This document shows positions 50,442 to 62,252 of a stretch of 64,000 bases of DNA, in pieces. The stretch covers positions 85,728,534 to 85,792,533 of the forward strand of contig NC_057713.1 of assembly GCF_004010195.1 (NCBI RefSeq). Direction: 5' to 3'. This stretch comes from Chiloscyllium plagiosum. Lineage: Eukaryota. Position 1 is the stretch's first letter. Every line of letters starts with the position of its first letter. Under the pieces are notes generated by a model that worked only from the letters and a program-made list of their open reading frames with translations, did not search any database and was not told where the DNA came from. The translations under genes were made by a program, and so were the position numbers.

Positions 50442-50679
50442 CTAATTAGACGCAGTTATTCTATTGACAAAGCCAAGGAAAACTCTCAGCTGCTGGCTAT
50501 AATAGTTTTCACATAGATGTAATGGATTCCATGACACTTGTCAAAAAGCAGTAAGGAGTTCCTTGATTATTCCTCCCTCAGCCCCCAACACCAAAAGCAA
50601 GTCATTTGCTTCACTATCCATGGCCCTGGACATTCCATCCAGCTGAAGCAATGATTTCCTTCTTACTTCTTTCATTTGG

Positions 50680-51310
50680 AAAACAGTGTTTACTGCTTGT
50701 GATGTAATTCCATCCACACTTGGATACCAAGCACACACTGCGTACCATTGTGTGGAACATCTCTCACTCTCAAACATGTCCTTGTTCTTTCTGTCGCTCA
50801 TGGTTTCACTTCACTAACTCGATCCCACTCTAACCTTTCTATCCTTGGTTTGCCATAGTGTGCTGATGAAGATCGATGAAAGGTCAAGGAACAGCCCCGA
50901 TCTTTCTGTTTGACACTGTACAACTTTCTAGACTTAAAGGTATGTATTACAACTTTGGAGCATAACCACTGCCTTCATTTTGTTTTGGAATTGTGTTTAT
51001 GTTTGTTCAATTATTACTGGTTTCTTTCTTCATGTTGGACAATTTAAACTTCATTTTGAAGTTGGACAATTGCTATCCAGTCATTCACATCACATCTTTT
51101 CTTTTTTACACTTTACTCATTTCTACTTCTCTTGGCCTTTCTGTCATTTACTACTTCCTGTCGTTCAACATCTTGCAAACCTTCTGTTTTGTTCTTCCTG
51201 ACCCAAATGGCTCTGCTAGTTGCTTGAATCTTCTGATGAGAAGTCACCGCAACCTGAAATCAGTTTCTCTCTTTATATACGTTGCCTGATCTACAGAGTT
51301 TTTCCAGCAT
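50680..51310 (+). mobile_element. Old PLE (family D): decayed GIY-YIG region, T-rich UTR, terminus
   Basis: tacacttgg/ggaacatct remnants, ttctgatgagaagtcac...cctgaaa, ends gagtttttccagcat. Confidence 0.5.
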
Positions 51311-51577
51311 TCCCGCCTCAGGCGACTGACTGTGTGGAGTTTGCACGTTCTCCCCGTGTCTGCGTGGGTTTCCTCCGGGTGCTCCGGTTTCCTCCCACAG
51401 TCCAAAGATGTGCAGGTTAGGTGAATTGGCCATGCTAAATTGCCCGTAGTGTTAGGTAAGGGGTAAATGTAGGGGTATGGGTGGGTTGCGCTTCGGCGGG
51501 TCGGTGTGGACTTGTTGGGCCGAAGGGCCTGTTTCCACACTGTAATGTAATGTAATGTAATCTAATCTAATCTAATC
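51311..51577 (+). mobile_element. Young 5'-truncated HE1 V-SINE
   Basis: CpG-rich near-consensus V-core; (TGTAA)n(TCTAA)n tail. Confidence 0.95.
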
Positions 51578-53429
51578 ACTCTCTGTCTATTTCAAATTTC
51601 CATTATATTTGAATTATCCTGCTTTTGCTCACTTCACATCCTCATTGCTGCTTGGAAGATCATTGGTATGCAGAAAATGCCTGCCATGTTTATTTCTCAT
51701 GAAGTGATCAAGTGATCTATCATCATAAAGCTCTTTGTATGGTACGATCTGCCTGCACTGTACACAAAACAAAACTTTTCACTGTACCTAGGTACATGTG
51801 ACAATAAATAAAATAAAATAAAATCAAGTGTGTTTTATTCTATCCCTGTCATACACCTTGTTCTCAGGTTTCCATTTATATAGCTCTAAATTGGCTTTTA
51901 TAAAGAATGCGAGAGATAAATAGCTTGTCTTGCCCTTAAACTACATGAACCCAGCACTTAAATCCATTGGAATCCAGTGAAAAGGACAAGCTTCAGCTCT
52001 CGGCATTGATGCAGAGTGATCTGCTACTTGAATAAGCCTTGGAGGCTTTTGAAAGAGGACCTTTTATTCTTGGATGATGCTCAGCAATCAATTTTGCCGA
52101 AGGTGTGTCTGAGACAAGGACAAGCTATCAATCAAAAGAGCCAATTCCGAGAAGCAACAAAGAATTCTGTCCTAAAGAAGACAAATGCTGCCTTATTCAA
52201 ACCTCATAGCAATTCTTCCTCCCATCAGAACCCCAACATCGAAATAGCCACTTTGCTAAACACAATCATAACACAGACTAAACACGTCGTTTCATTTTAG
52301 CTGATGTGGATTTTTTCTAATATGCAGGAATACTATTTATTGTTTAGAAATTATATATATACCTTCATGTCTAAGACAGCTGCAGCCCATTGTCAAAGCA
52401 ATTGTACACCCAACAAAATCTAGTTATAAATTACATTTTTCATTATCAGCACAAACTGAAGCCTGTGGACAGAGTGAAGCAGCTGGACTTGAATTCATGA
52501 AGCATTTGCAGGCTCCAGTATCAAGTATCATGCAGTACTTCAGGCTTATCATATACTGACTAAATTCAGCTTCAGCCATTGGTGTTAAATCACTAACAAT
52601 GCTGAGCTCGGAGAACAGGAATAGTCATCTGAAAAACTATTAACATTGGACTAGTGAACAAGAATGGACTTAATTGACACTTAGGTCAAAGTAATGGTCT
52701 CTGACTGAGAAAGGTACTGATGTATCCGGGCTCTGTCAAGGCCAGAGGTCCACATTTCACACAGAACCAGATGTGCATCAATTGGCTTTGCATTATTTTT
52801 CAGTTCCCCTTTGTGCCATGTTTTGCCAATCAGAGGCAAATCCCACAGTCAGGCATGATTGTGATAAGAAGAATATCATGCAGTGTTGGAAACATACTGA
52901 TCCATCAGACACTCTGTTACGGTCAATGAGGTGATTGCCAAATGCATTTGTTAGCATTTTTATTTGAAGTCTGTAATCTTCATTCATGGGTGTGTCTTAC
53001 AGCTGTGAAATGACAGTAACACGGTATTTCTTTATTTGTTCAAGTTCAAAGGTGCAAAGGTATCCTATCAATGAAAGCAAAGCCGCAGGACTATAATGTC
53101 ATTAACTGCATGTGGAAAAGCTTGATCAGGGTTGTTGCGTCATTCAAAACACAGTTTAATAGCAATTATTGGAACTTATTGAGGTATAATTATATGAAGT
53201 ACACACTATTAAACTTGTATTCTTTTTGATAGTCTGAATAGCTTAATAACTCAGTGTAACTAGAGGTATCCATTACAAAATCAGTCTTTGCTGGATTTGC
53301 ATCTGATCATAAGTAACTTGTTCACCAGTTGTCATCCGAAATATTAATGTTAACAAATTAAATAAAACATTCTGTCTGCTATGTAAGTCTCTTTGGCACA
53401 AAGAACTACATCTATAACCTTCTTGCAAA

Positions 53430-53535
53430 CATTTGATGGTTTTGCTTCAACTGCTTTCTGTGGCAGAGAATTCCATTGTCTGCGTGAAGAAATTTTTCCT
53501 CATCTCTGTCCTAAATGGCTTACCCCATATTCTTA
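53430..53535 (-). mobile_element. CR1 fragment
   Basis: gtgaagaaatttttcctcatctctgtcctaaatggcttacccc is the reverse complement of 36415-36460. Confidence 0.75.
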
Positions 53536-53940
53536 GTTACAATCACACAACACCACATTACAGTCCAACAAGTTTATTTGGAAGCACTAGCTTTTGGAGT
53601 GCTGCTCCTTCATCAGATCGTAGGATACAGAACTTATGGCAAAACTTTACAGTATGATGTAAATGAAATTGTATATTGAAAAAGACTTGGATTGTTTGTT
53701 TAGTCATTCATCTTTTAGAATGACCATGTTGGTTTCAGTTCTTTCATATGTAAATCCCAGAACTTTTTTTAAAAGTTACATTCTCAGGTGAACTTTAACA
53801 ATAGGTGCCCTGTCAGCTCATTTAAGGTGTGAGGTTAAAATCTGGATGTCTGTGTCCCAATGTTCAGACTGATTCTATTTCTAAAAAGGGATTTACAGAA
53901 TATAACATGGATTCATGCAGTTTTTGAGCAAAAAAAAACA
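53536..53940 (-). mobile_element. PLE family B 3' UTR and terminus with hammerhead motif
   Basis: Minus strand 53616-53585: CTGATGA-AGGAGCAGCACTCC-AAAA-GCTAGTG. Confidence 0.75.
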
Positions 53941-54687
53941 AGCTGACAATTCAACATCATTTAATGTTGCTATTGAGAACCAATTTCACCCCCAACACAT
54001 TCGTTAAGATAGCAAACATCTAATGCAATTCTAAATGTCAATGCGTCCTTCAAAATAAAAATGGCAGATTTAATGATGTTTTGAGCTGGATGGTTCTCAC
54101 AGAAGATACAATCTTTCTATGATTTTACCTTATTAATATCACTGTGTCAATGTAAATAGAGATTACAAGATGGTAAAAACTTATCTTACAAAGTGAATAC
54201 AAACAATAAATAAAGGATACATTGTTGTAAGCTCACCTTTACGATCTTAGTAAATACAACTCAATCTGTCAAAAATTAAAAACACATCTGGTAGGGTATG
54301 GTTTTCTATTTGACTCGATATTGCTTGTGAAATTGCACAATCTCAGAGATTAAAGAATTAAATCCTGGGAGACAGTTGGTTTTGAATTATCAAATGTATC
54401 AAATTTTACTTAAACGTGTCTTTCATGTACTAACAACACATTTTGCTTGAAGTTACATCATAATGATACAATGCTTCAACATTCTTGTTATATTATCTTG
54501 GATATTTCATTCTTAAATGAATTTCCTGTTGTTTTTTAAATTCATCAGGTTATATCAAGAGCAAATGACGTTCTCCATTTCAATAGGACTGCAAAGAATC
54601 TGATGTCATCCCCGCTGAATAAACAATTGTCAAGGCCATATACCCAGGCTGATTAATCCTCGAATTTCCTTCTGTGTTCTGAATGAG

Positions 54688-54775
54688 AGTACTTGCATTT
54701 ATATAGTGCCTTTTCACAACCTCAGCATGTCCCAAGCTAACTTTCTGAAGTAAAGTCACTGTTGTCACATAGGAA
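54688..54775 (-). mobile_element. DeuSINE/L2-shared 3' tail
   Basis: acttgcatttatatagtgccttttcacaacctcag...gtcactgttgtc. Confidence 0.55.
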
Positions 54776-55639
54776 GTCCTTTGCTTTCACTCAGTAATGC
54801 AGCTATTTTTCCTTCCCAGGGTGGCAATTTTTGCTTAACCTAAACAGTTAATGCGTACAACCTGATAAAAATAAATGAAAAATTCATTATTTTGCATAAA
54901 GTGGCCACACACAGATAACAGCTTTTGAAAGTTTTGCAAATCACCCATTTATCTACAATCAAAAAAACATCAGAATTGCAATTCATTTCTCAAAACATCT
55001 ATTTTTCTTTCTTCTTACAATGTGCACAAGCTTGAAAACATACTTGGAGTCATCGCACTTTAACACTCTGATGTCTCTAGTGTTCTCTCTTACTCTTTTC
55101 AACCTTGCTGTTGTCCTGCATGGAGCGGTACTTGGCTGTTCAGCTAAATGTTGCAGTTATTAGGAGTCATTATTACTCCATTTAAATGATTCAGATGGCA
55201 ACAATATGGTCCAATAACTTCCACCAATGTTGAACATTCAACTAATAGATCTACCAGCTTTCAGGAAGGACTCTGACAGACAAGTTTGAGCAGATTGTAG
55301 AAAGGAAGGCAAAGAAACCCAATGAGCAAAGGGCCATCTTTGCATTCCTCTAAGGGTAGTGTTTTGTTGGATTTATTTCACTAGAATTTCAAGGAATAAT
55401 TATCCACACTCTCTAGCAGGCTCTGGATAAACTGAATAATGTAGGATTGGAACATTTATAAATATGAAAAGAAAGTAAATAACATGTTAAAACAGTAATT
55501 TGGTTGCCCCAATGTCCTTTGGGTAAAAACATTGTGAGTGACGTTTTGTAATAAGTCACACAGACTAGCAGATTCCATTATATAACTCATGTTCAACTGA
55601 ATGGGTTGGTCAAACAGCAGTTAAAGGTCACATTAAAAC

Positions 55640-55732
55640 AAAATATGATGGAAATACTCACAAGTCCGACAGTATCTTGTGGAGAGAAAAATAGAGTTAA
55701 CATTTCAGATCTGTGACCTTTCATCTGAATTA
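55640..55732 (-). mobile_element. PLE family D terminus with degenerate hammerhead
   Basis: Minus strand: ttcagatgaaaggtcacagatctgaaatgttaactct...tctccac. Confidence 0.6.
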
Positions 55733-56374
55733 CAGATTACAATTTGCTTTAGTAATTTCAGTTAAAAAAAATGTCAAAATTCTCACTCACATTAGCTATT
55801 AAATGATCGCCTTTTGGAAAATGCACAGGTGAATGGTAGCATTAGTCTCACTGTGAAAGATATCTATGAATTATAAACAGTTATTGCTTAATGTCCTCTC
55901 TGGTGCCAAGTTATACAAGTGACAAATCAAAGGCACAATCTCATTACTGATTTCTGTCAAATAATAAGATAATGGTGTATATGGAGACATAACAATCATC
56001 GTGTGCTAGACTCTGAGATGAGAGAAGGAACAGTCTGTGCCTGAGAGACATGTACTACCTCTGAGTGAATAAAAGTGTATAACAGTGGAAATGCAGGGAG
56101 CACTGCAGAAACCTGCCAGCCAGACTATTGTCACTGTTAGGTAGAGGAACATTTACTAATGTATACCAGGCCAAAACTAATCTGAAAAGGCAGCCATATA
56201 AGCATCCATAAGCAGAACAATAAACCACAAACTAATTCTAATGTTGATTCCAGGCTTGATCCAGTGCCTGAACTCATAAACTAAGCCAGAATTTCCGTGC
56301 AGTGCTTCTGAATTGTCAGAGGTACCACCCTCCTAGTGACATGTGGCTTTCCTACTCTAGAACTTAAGACTAAC

Positions 56375-56690
56375 CTAACAACAAGTTATTTATACAGCGC
56401 CTGTAATATAGTGAGGCTGTCAGAGGTTCTTCACTGAACAGCAAACAGTTAGGTTTTAAGGAATGTCTTAAGGGAAAATTGTGATGTTAAAAAACAAGGA
56501 ATTTCGGAGTCTAGAGTTAGAACAGCTGAAGGTAGGCCCACTAATGGTGTGGTGCAAAAAAAGCCGGAACTAAAGGAGCACAGGGTACTTGGAGGAATGG
56601 ATGCTGAGAGGAGGATATAGAAAAAGGGATTGATAAAACCATGGAGGAATTTAAGAAAAAAGGTTAATTTTAAGCTTGAGGCTTTGCAAG
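56375..56690 (-). mobile_element. L2-type LINE 3' end
   Basis: aacaacaagttatttatacagcgcc...aggttttaaggaatgtcttaaggga...cagctgaagg; similar copy at ~57725-57990. Confidence 0.6.
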
Positions 56691-56807
56691 AACATGAAAT
56701 GAAAAATCGAAGGGAGCCAAGGATGATTTTCCAGAAGTAATGTTGCCAGGTCAAAGATATTTGCTATTTAGATGAATAGACAATCCTCCCTATGTTCTAG
56801 CCAAAGA

Positions 56808-57460
56808 CTTAGAGTCTTAGAGATGTACAGCACGGAAACAGACCCTTTAGTCCAACTCGTCCATGCTGACTCGATATCCCAACCCAATCTAGTCTCATTT
56901 GCCAGCACTTGGCCCATTTCCCTGTGAACACATCCTATTCATATACCCATCCAGATGCCTTTTATAATGCTGTAATTGTACCAGCTTTCACCACATCCTC
57001 TGGCAGCTCATTCCATACATGCACCACCCTCTGTGTGAAAACATTGCCCCTTAGAACCCTTTTATATCTTTCGCCTATCACCTTAAACCTATGCCCTCTA
57101 GTTCTGGACTCCGCCACCCTAGGGAAAAGAGTCACCCCTCAGCCTCCGACGCTCCAGGGAAAACAGCTCCAGCCTGTTCAGCCTCTCCCTATAGCTCAAA
57201 TCCTCCAGCCCTGGCAACATCCTTGTAAATCTTTTCTGAACCCTTTCAAGTTTCACAACATCCTTCCAATAGGAAGGAGACAAGATTTACATGCAATATT
57301 CCATAAGTGGCCTAACCAATGTCCTGTACAGCTGCAACATGACCTCCCAACTCCTGTACTCAATACTCTGACCAATAAAGGAAAGCATACCAAACACCTT
57401 CTTCACTATCCTATCTACTTGGGATTCTACTTTCAAGGAGCTGTAAACCTGCACTCCATG
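56808..57460 (-). mobile_element. CR1/HER1 LINE 3' end, same subfamily as 27075-28640
   Basis: VESQVDRIVKKVFGMLSFIGQSIEYRSWEVMLQLYRTLVRPLMEYC; ~50-bp deletion at ~57130 relative to 27385-27437. Confidence 0.92.
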
Positions 57461-58699
57461 GTGTGACACCATGCTGTGTTTTAACCCATTCTTAACCACA
57501 GTGTGGCCCTTTCACAGTGAACAGCCAAATGTTCTTACAAGCAGGATTTCTGGATAAGAATTGTGAGTGAGAATGTTTGCTGGTTTTCTTCCTTCTGTTC
57601 TAGGGTAGTGGGGAAAATTGTAATGCCCCCTAGACTTGTCCTTCATGAGATCAGCTAACACGACCACACTGAGAACTTTAGTAATCACTTCATTAATCAA
57701 GAACCATTGTTGATGGACTGAGGGCAACAGCAATAACAGCAACTTGCACTTACACAGCACCTTTAATGTAGCAAAACATCCTGACATGTTTCATGGACAA
57801 ATATCAGACAAACGATAAAAACTGAGACCAGACCAGTGGAAGGGACAATAATACTGGTGGTTAAATCCTTGATCAGAGTGGTTGACATTAAGGAGTGTCT
57901 TAATTGAGAAGAAAGGATTAGAGAGGTTTTAGAATGAAATTCCAGAGCTTGTAGTTTAGACACATTGGCCCCAACAATTGAGTAAATAATAGGTTGGGAT
58001 GCTGCAAGAGGTAATCCAGGATACTCAAATGATGCCTTTTTAAGAAGAGGATTTTTTTGGGGTTAAGAGAAAGGACTCAGCCAATCCTTTACTTCCCCAT
58101 CCTTAAATTTGGTGAGAAAATTTACTTTAGTAATCCCTTGTCATATTTCATTTCAATTTAATAACAATTTAGTACAGGGCTATTCAAACAAAGCTTAATG
58201 TCTGCATGATCAGCTTTTCTTAACTGTTTTACCTGACAAGTCTCATTAAACATAACTCTGAGAACCACAAGCTAAACAGACATTGTAACTATAATGAGAA
58301 TGCTTGGAACTAACTAAGTAAGGATATGTGAATATTTGTTTGATGTATAAAGACTATTCATAAAACATAAGCCATTGAAGATTTTCTGTGAAATTAAAGC
58401 TGCAACTAACAGTAACATATTGTCAACTTTACATTATAATGCTCCACTTTAGTTAAAAATATATTTATTGAGAGGCCTTAAATTTGTACTTGAAATGACT
58501 CATTTAAAATACCAGGTTACATTTTAATCCCAGGAAATACAAAGTTGACTAAGTAAGTGGAAGAAGCCAAATTGCTAATCCTTACACCAAAGGCTAATTA
58601 AGGAAGCAAGCTTGTATTGGAAACATCACTTAGTTCCAGTCATTGGCCCCCAAATAAAAACTTCAAGGAGCTATCTCAGCAGTTAAGGAAGGAGGAGTT

Positions 58700-58935
58700 A
58701 AATCAAACAGGCCTGAACTGTCCTGATTTCAAAATCCCTGATCTGTGCTAAATTAGAGCATCTCATCAAACTAAGGAGGATGCAACCATACTCTGAATAA
58801 CTTCAATGCTCTGGGCTAAGGAGGAGGAGAAAAAAGTTAGGCATTGTTCCACACTCCTCTTTCCTAAATGCTGCTTTATAATATAGGTGTGAATGTTGAT
58901 TGATAACTGGGCTTAGCAATGATGATCTCCCTGTG
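58700..58935 (+). mobile_element. Ancient SINE, second copy of the 9035-9360 family
   Basis: aatccctgatctgtgctaaattag...caatgctctgggctaaggagg. Confidence 0.4.
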
Positions 58936-59504
58936 CACCCTCCCACTCACCTTCTCCTCTATTTACTGCCCCCGCATCCTTTTGCAGTCAACCCATCCAT
59001 TATTTTAGAGACCTGGGTGAGGCTTGGGAAAGCTTCAGCACCTGTCCTGTGGAAGCGGAACATGAGTCAGCATTTTAAAGTGAGGAGAACGTGAGAAAAA
59101 ACAAGCCTTGACTTGTTCCTGAACACATCTAACTGTGATGGAACTTAACAATAGGTTTAGTTTCCTTCCATTGAGCACAAGTCAGAGAGTCTATACAAAA
59201 TAGGCAGAGGCCATTGAGATCATGGGCAGAAGCCTTCTCAGAGAAATTCCTTCAATCCAATTTCCCCTTTCTAGCCCCATAACCTCGCAAGTTGATTTCC
59301 CATGAGTGCCCATCCAAACATTTTCTCAAACTCTTAGTTTTCTCCACTTCCACGAGTAGACAGTGAGTATCATGTCACTATCACTCACTGTGTAAATAAG
59401 TGGGAACCCAATCAATATTTCTCTCAAAAAAGGCCCTGTCCAAACCAGCCATGTCACAACTCTTCTAAATATTAGTCATTCAGTTTTCATGAGAAGCAAA
59501 ATAT

Positions 59505-61800
59505 GCATAGGAGCATTGGAACACAAGTAGGATATTCAATCTTTCAAGCCGGTTCCTCTATTCAATGAAACTGATCTGTGACCTAATTCCATTTAGTTGC
59601 CTTTGGCCCATATCCCCTAATACATTTGCTGAACAAAACTTTATCGATCTCAGATTTAAAAGTAACAACTGATCCTGCTTACACTGCTATTTGTGGAAGA
59701 AAGTTTCAAACATCTACCACCCTTTGTGCGTAAAAGTGCACCAAAAATCTCCCCTGTATAGCCTGGCCCTAATTTCAGACTCTGCCTCTTAGTCTAGAAT
59801 CCTCAACAAGTGGAAATAGTTTATCTTTATCTCCTCAGTCTTTTCCTGTTACTATTTTGAAGATTGTGATCAGATCACCCCATAACCATCTAAATTCTAG
59901 AGAAACCAGGCCCAATTTGTATAATCTCTCCTCATAGTTTAACTCCCTAAAGTCCAAGTATTATTTTTGCAAGTCTATGTTGTACGCCTCATATATCCTT
60001 CCTAAGTCGGAGAGTGTGGTGCTGGAAAAGCACAGCCGGTCAGTCAGCATGCATGGAGCAGGAGAGTCAACGTTATGAGCATAAGCTCTTCATCAGGAAT
60101 ATGCTACCTTCTGCCCAGCCCCACCCACCCCCTCCAATTTATCTCTCAGCCCCCTTGGGCCACCCCTACATTCCTGATGAAGAGCTTATGCTCGATACGT
60201 TGACTCTCCTGCTCCTTGGATGCTGCCTGACCGGCTGTGCTTTTCTTTCACTCTGATCTCCAGCATCTGCAGTCCTCATTTTTTCCTACCCTTCCTAAGG
60301 GCTGCTGCCCTAATACTCACAATACTCCAATATGGTCTAACCAGGGTTTTGTATAGCTGCAGCATAACTTCTGCATTTTTGTACTCTAGTCCCCTAGATA
60401 TAAAGGCCAGCATTCTATTAGCCTACTTGATTATTTTCTGCATATGTTTGTGATATTTTAAAGATCTATTCCCTCTGCCTCTTTGGGCATATGCTATATT
60501 TAACATGATTCCATCTAGGCAAGTACCCTGAGCGATCCTCTTTCAGTCTAGGTGGATAATCCCACATTTGCTTACATGGAATTCTATCTGCCACAGTTTT
60601 TCCCAATCAGTTAGTCTAACAGTACCACTTTATAACTTTATGCAACCATCTATATTGTCTGCAATGTTGCCTAACTTTGTGTCATTGGCAAATTTGTATA
60701 TCTGATAAACTATGCCCTTATCCAAGTCATTAATAAATAATGCAAAGAATTAAGGCCCTAACACAGATCCTTATGGGATACCACTGGTCACTTCCTGTCA
60801 ACCTGAGTACCTAGCCATTACCTTAATTTTCATCATTTTATCATTTGCCATTCAACCAATTTCCCAGCCATGTCAGCAATTTGTCCTCAATTCCGCAGCT
60901 CGTACCTGAGTTAACAATTCTTATGCAGGACTTTATCAAATGCCGTCCGGAAGTCTATACAGACAACATCCATAAACATTCCCCTGTCTACTACCTTAGT
61001 CAACTCTTCAAAAAAAAATTCAATGAGGTTAGTCAGACATAACATAACTGTCATGAATCAGTACTGGCTCTCCCTGATTAACTGAAACTGTTTGAGGTGT
61101 TCAGTTACTGTAACCTTGAATATAGATTCTAACAATTTCTCCACCACAGATGTTAGGCTAACCGATCTGCACTTCTCTGGTTTTCCTCTTCCTTCCTTTT
61201 AAAAAGCGGAGTGACGTGCAATTTTCCAAACAAGGGGGAAACAATCTAGGGAACTCTGAAAGATTATAGTTATGGCATCTGTAATTAGTGCTCCCCTGTT
61301 TTCTTTATCATCCTCGGCTGGAAACCATCAGGTCCTGGGAATTTGTCAATCTTTAATCCCATTAATTTCCTCATTATCGCTGTTTTATTTATGTTAACAT
61401 TACTCAGCCTCTGTTGCCAATCCACTATTAATTTCCTTGGGAATTCAAGCATACTATCCTATTTTTCTGCTGTAATTACTGAGGCAAAGTTATTGTTCAC
61501 TATACTTGACATTTTTCGCATAGCCATTGACAATATCTGCACTTTTTGTGACTGAACATTGCTCCTGACCACTTACTTTCTCTGTATGTAAATGTAAAAT
61601 TTCTTCTTTTTAATTTTGCAGTCCCTTGCAAGTTGCTTTTCATAATCTATTTCAGTAGCTCTTATAAGTCGTGTAGTGCCCTTTGCTGGTCTTTGTATCC
61701 TTCCTATTCCGCAGGTTCTGTGCTGCATATTGCATTTTTGTCCACTCTTTCTTTTAGTTTAATGTTGTCCCGTATCATTTTAGTTGTCTATGGAAGAAGA
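59505..61800 (-). mobile_element. CR1 LINE RT and 3' end, interrupted by a PLE mini-element
   Basis: Reverse complements of SGIP*GSVLGP (~60755-60785), FANDTKL (~60672-60692), ISRGLEYK (~60378-60402), PGPDG (~61325-61340). Confidence 0.85.
60007..60289 (+). mobile_element. PLE family A fold-back mini-insertion nested in CR1, 10-bp TSD
   Basis: CCTTCCTAAG at 59997-60006 and 60290-60299; inverted arms ~60010-60100 and ~60170-60250; CTGATGA-A-GAGC-TTAT-GCTC-GATA at 60174-60197. Confidence 0.9.
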
Positions 61801-61829
61801 CTTTGTGTAAGTCAACCGTAAATGGTTAA

Positions 61830-62003
61830 CCATAATGTGAAGATGCCGGTATTGAAGTGGGGAGGGGAAATGTTAAAAATCAAACAACACCAGGTTATAG
61901 TCCAACAGGTTTACTTGGAAGCAGTAGCTTTGGGAGAGTTTTGAAAGCTAGTGTTTCCGAATAAACCTGTTGGACTATAACCTGGTGTCGTTTGATTTTA
62001 AAT
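61830..62003 (-). mobile_element. PLE family B fold-back mini-insertion, 11-bp TSD
   Basis: TAAATGGTTAA at 61819-61829 and 62004-62014; arms ~61877-61932 and ~61944-61999 inverted; tail on the left. Confidence 0.85.
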
Positions 62004-62252
62004 TAAATGGTTAAGAACTGGTGCCAATATTGTCAGGATAACAATAGGCAAATATCACAAAATGTCCATGGAGTGTCCCATTTGCATGATTCCTGACACT
62101 TCCTGGGGCAAATTTGAACTTGTGCAGACAGCACAAAAGTGGTAAGAGTGATTAAATTAGCTATAGATGAAATTTGAAGGAAAGTGGACAATCAAATCAG
62201 TATAGAATAATCATCTATACTCATCTAATTCTGTTTGCAAATAGAGGTTCTA

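Noticed and set aside
52016-52300. 94-aa ORF as a coding exon
   Set aside because: No recognisable motif or splice donor; a minus-strand acceptor candidate runs into stops in all frames.
54236-54264. Minus-strand micro-exon candidate (tttttgacag ... gtgagc)
   Set aside because: All three frames contain stops.
56909-57466. 185-aa ORF (and the 170-aa ORF at 27165-27677) as a host gene
   Set aside because: Both are antisense frames of CR1 3' ends and resemble each other only for that reason.
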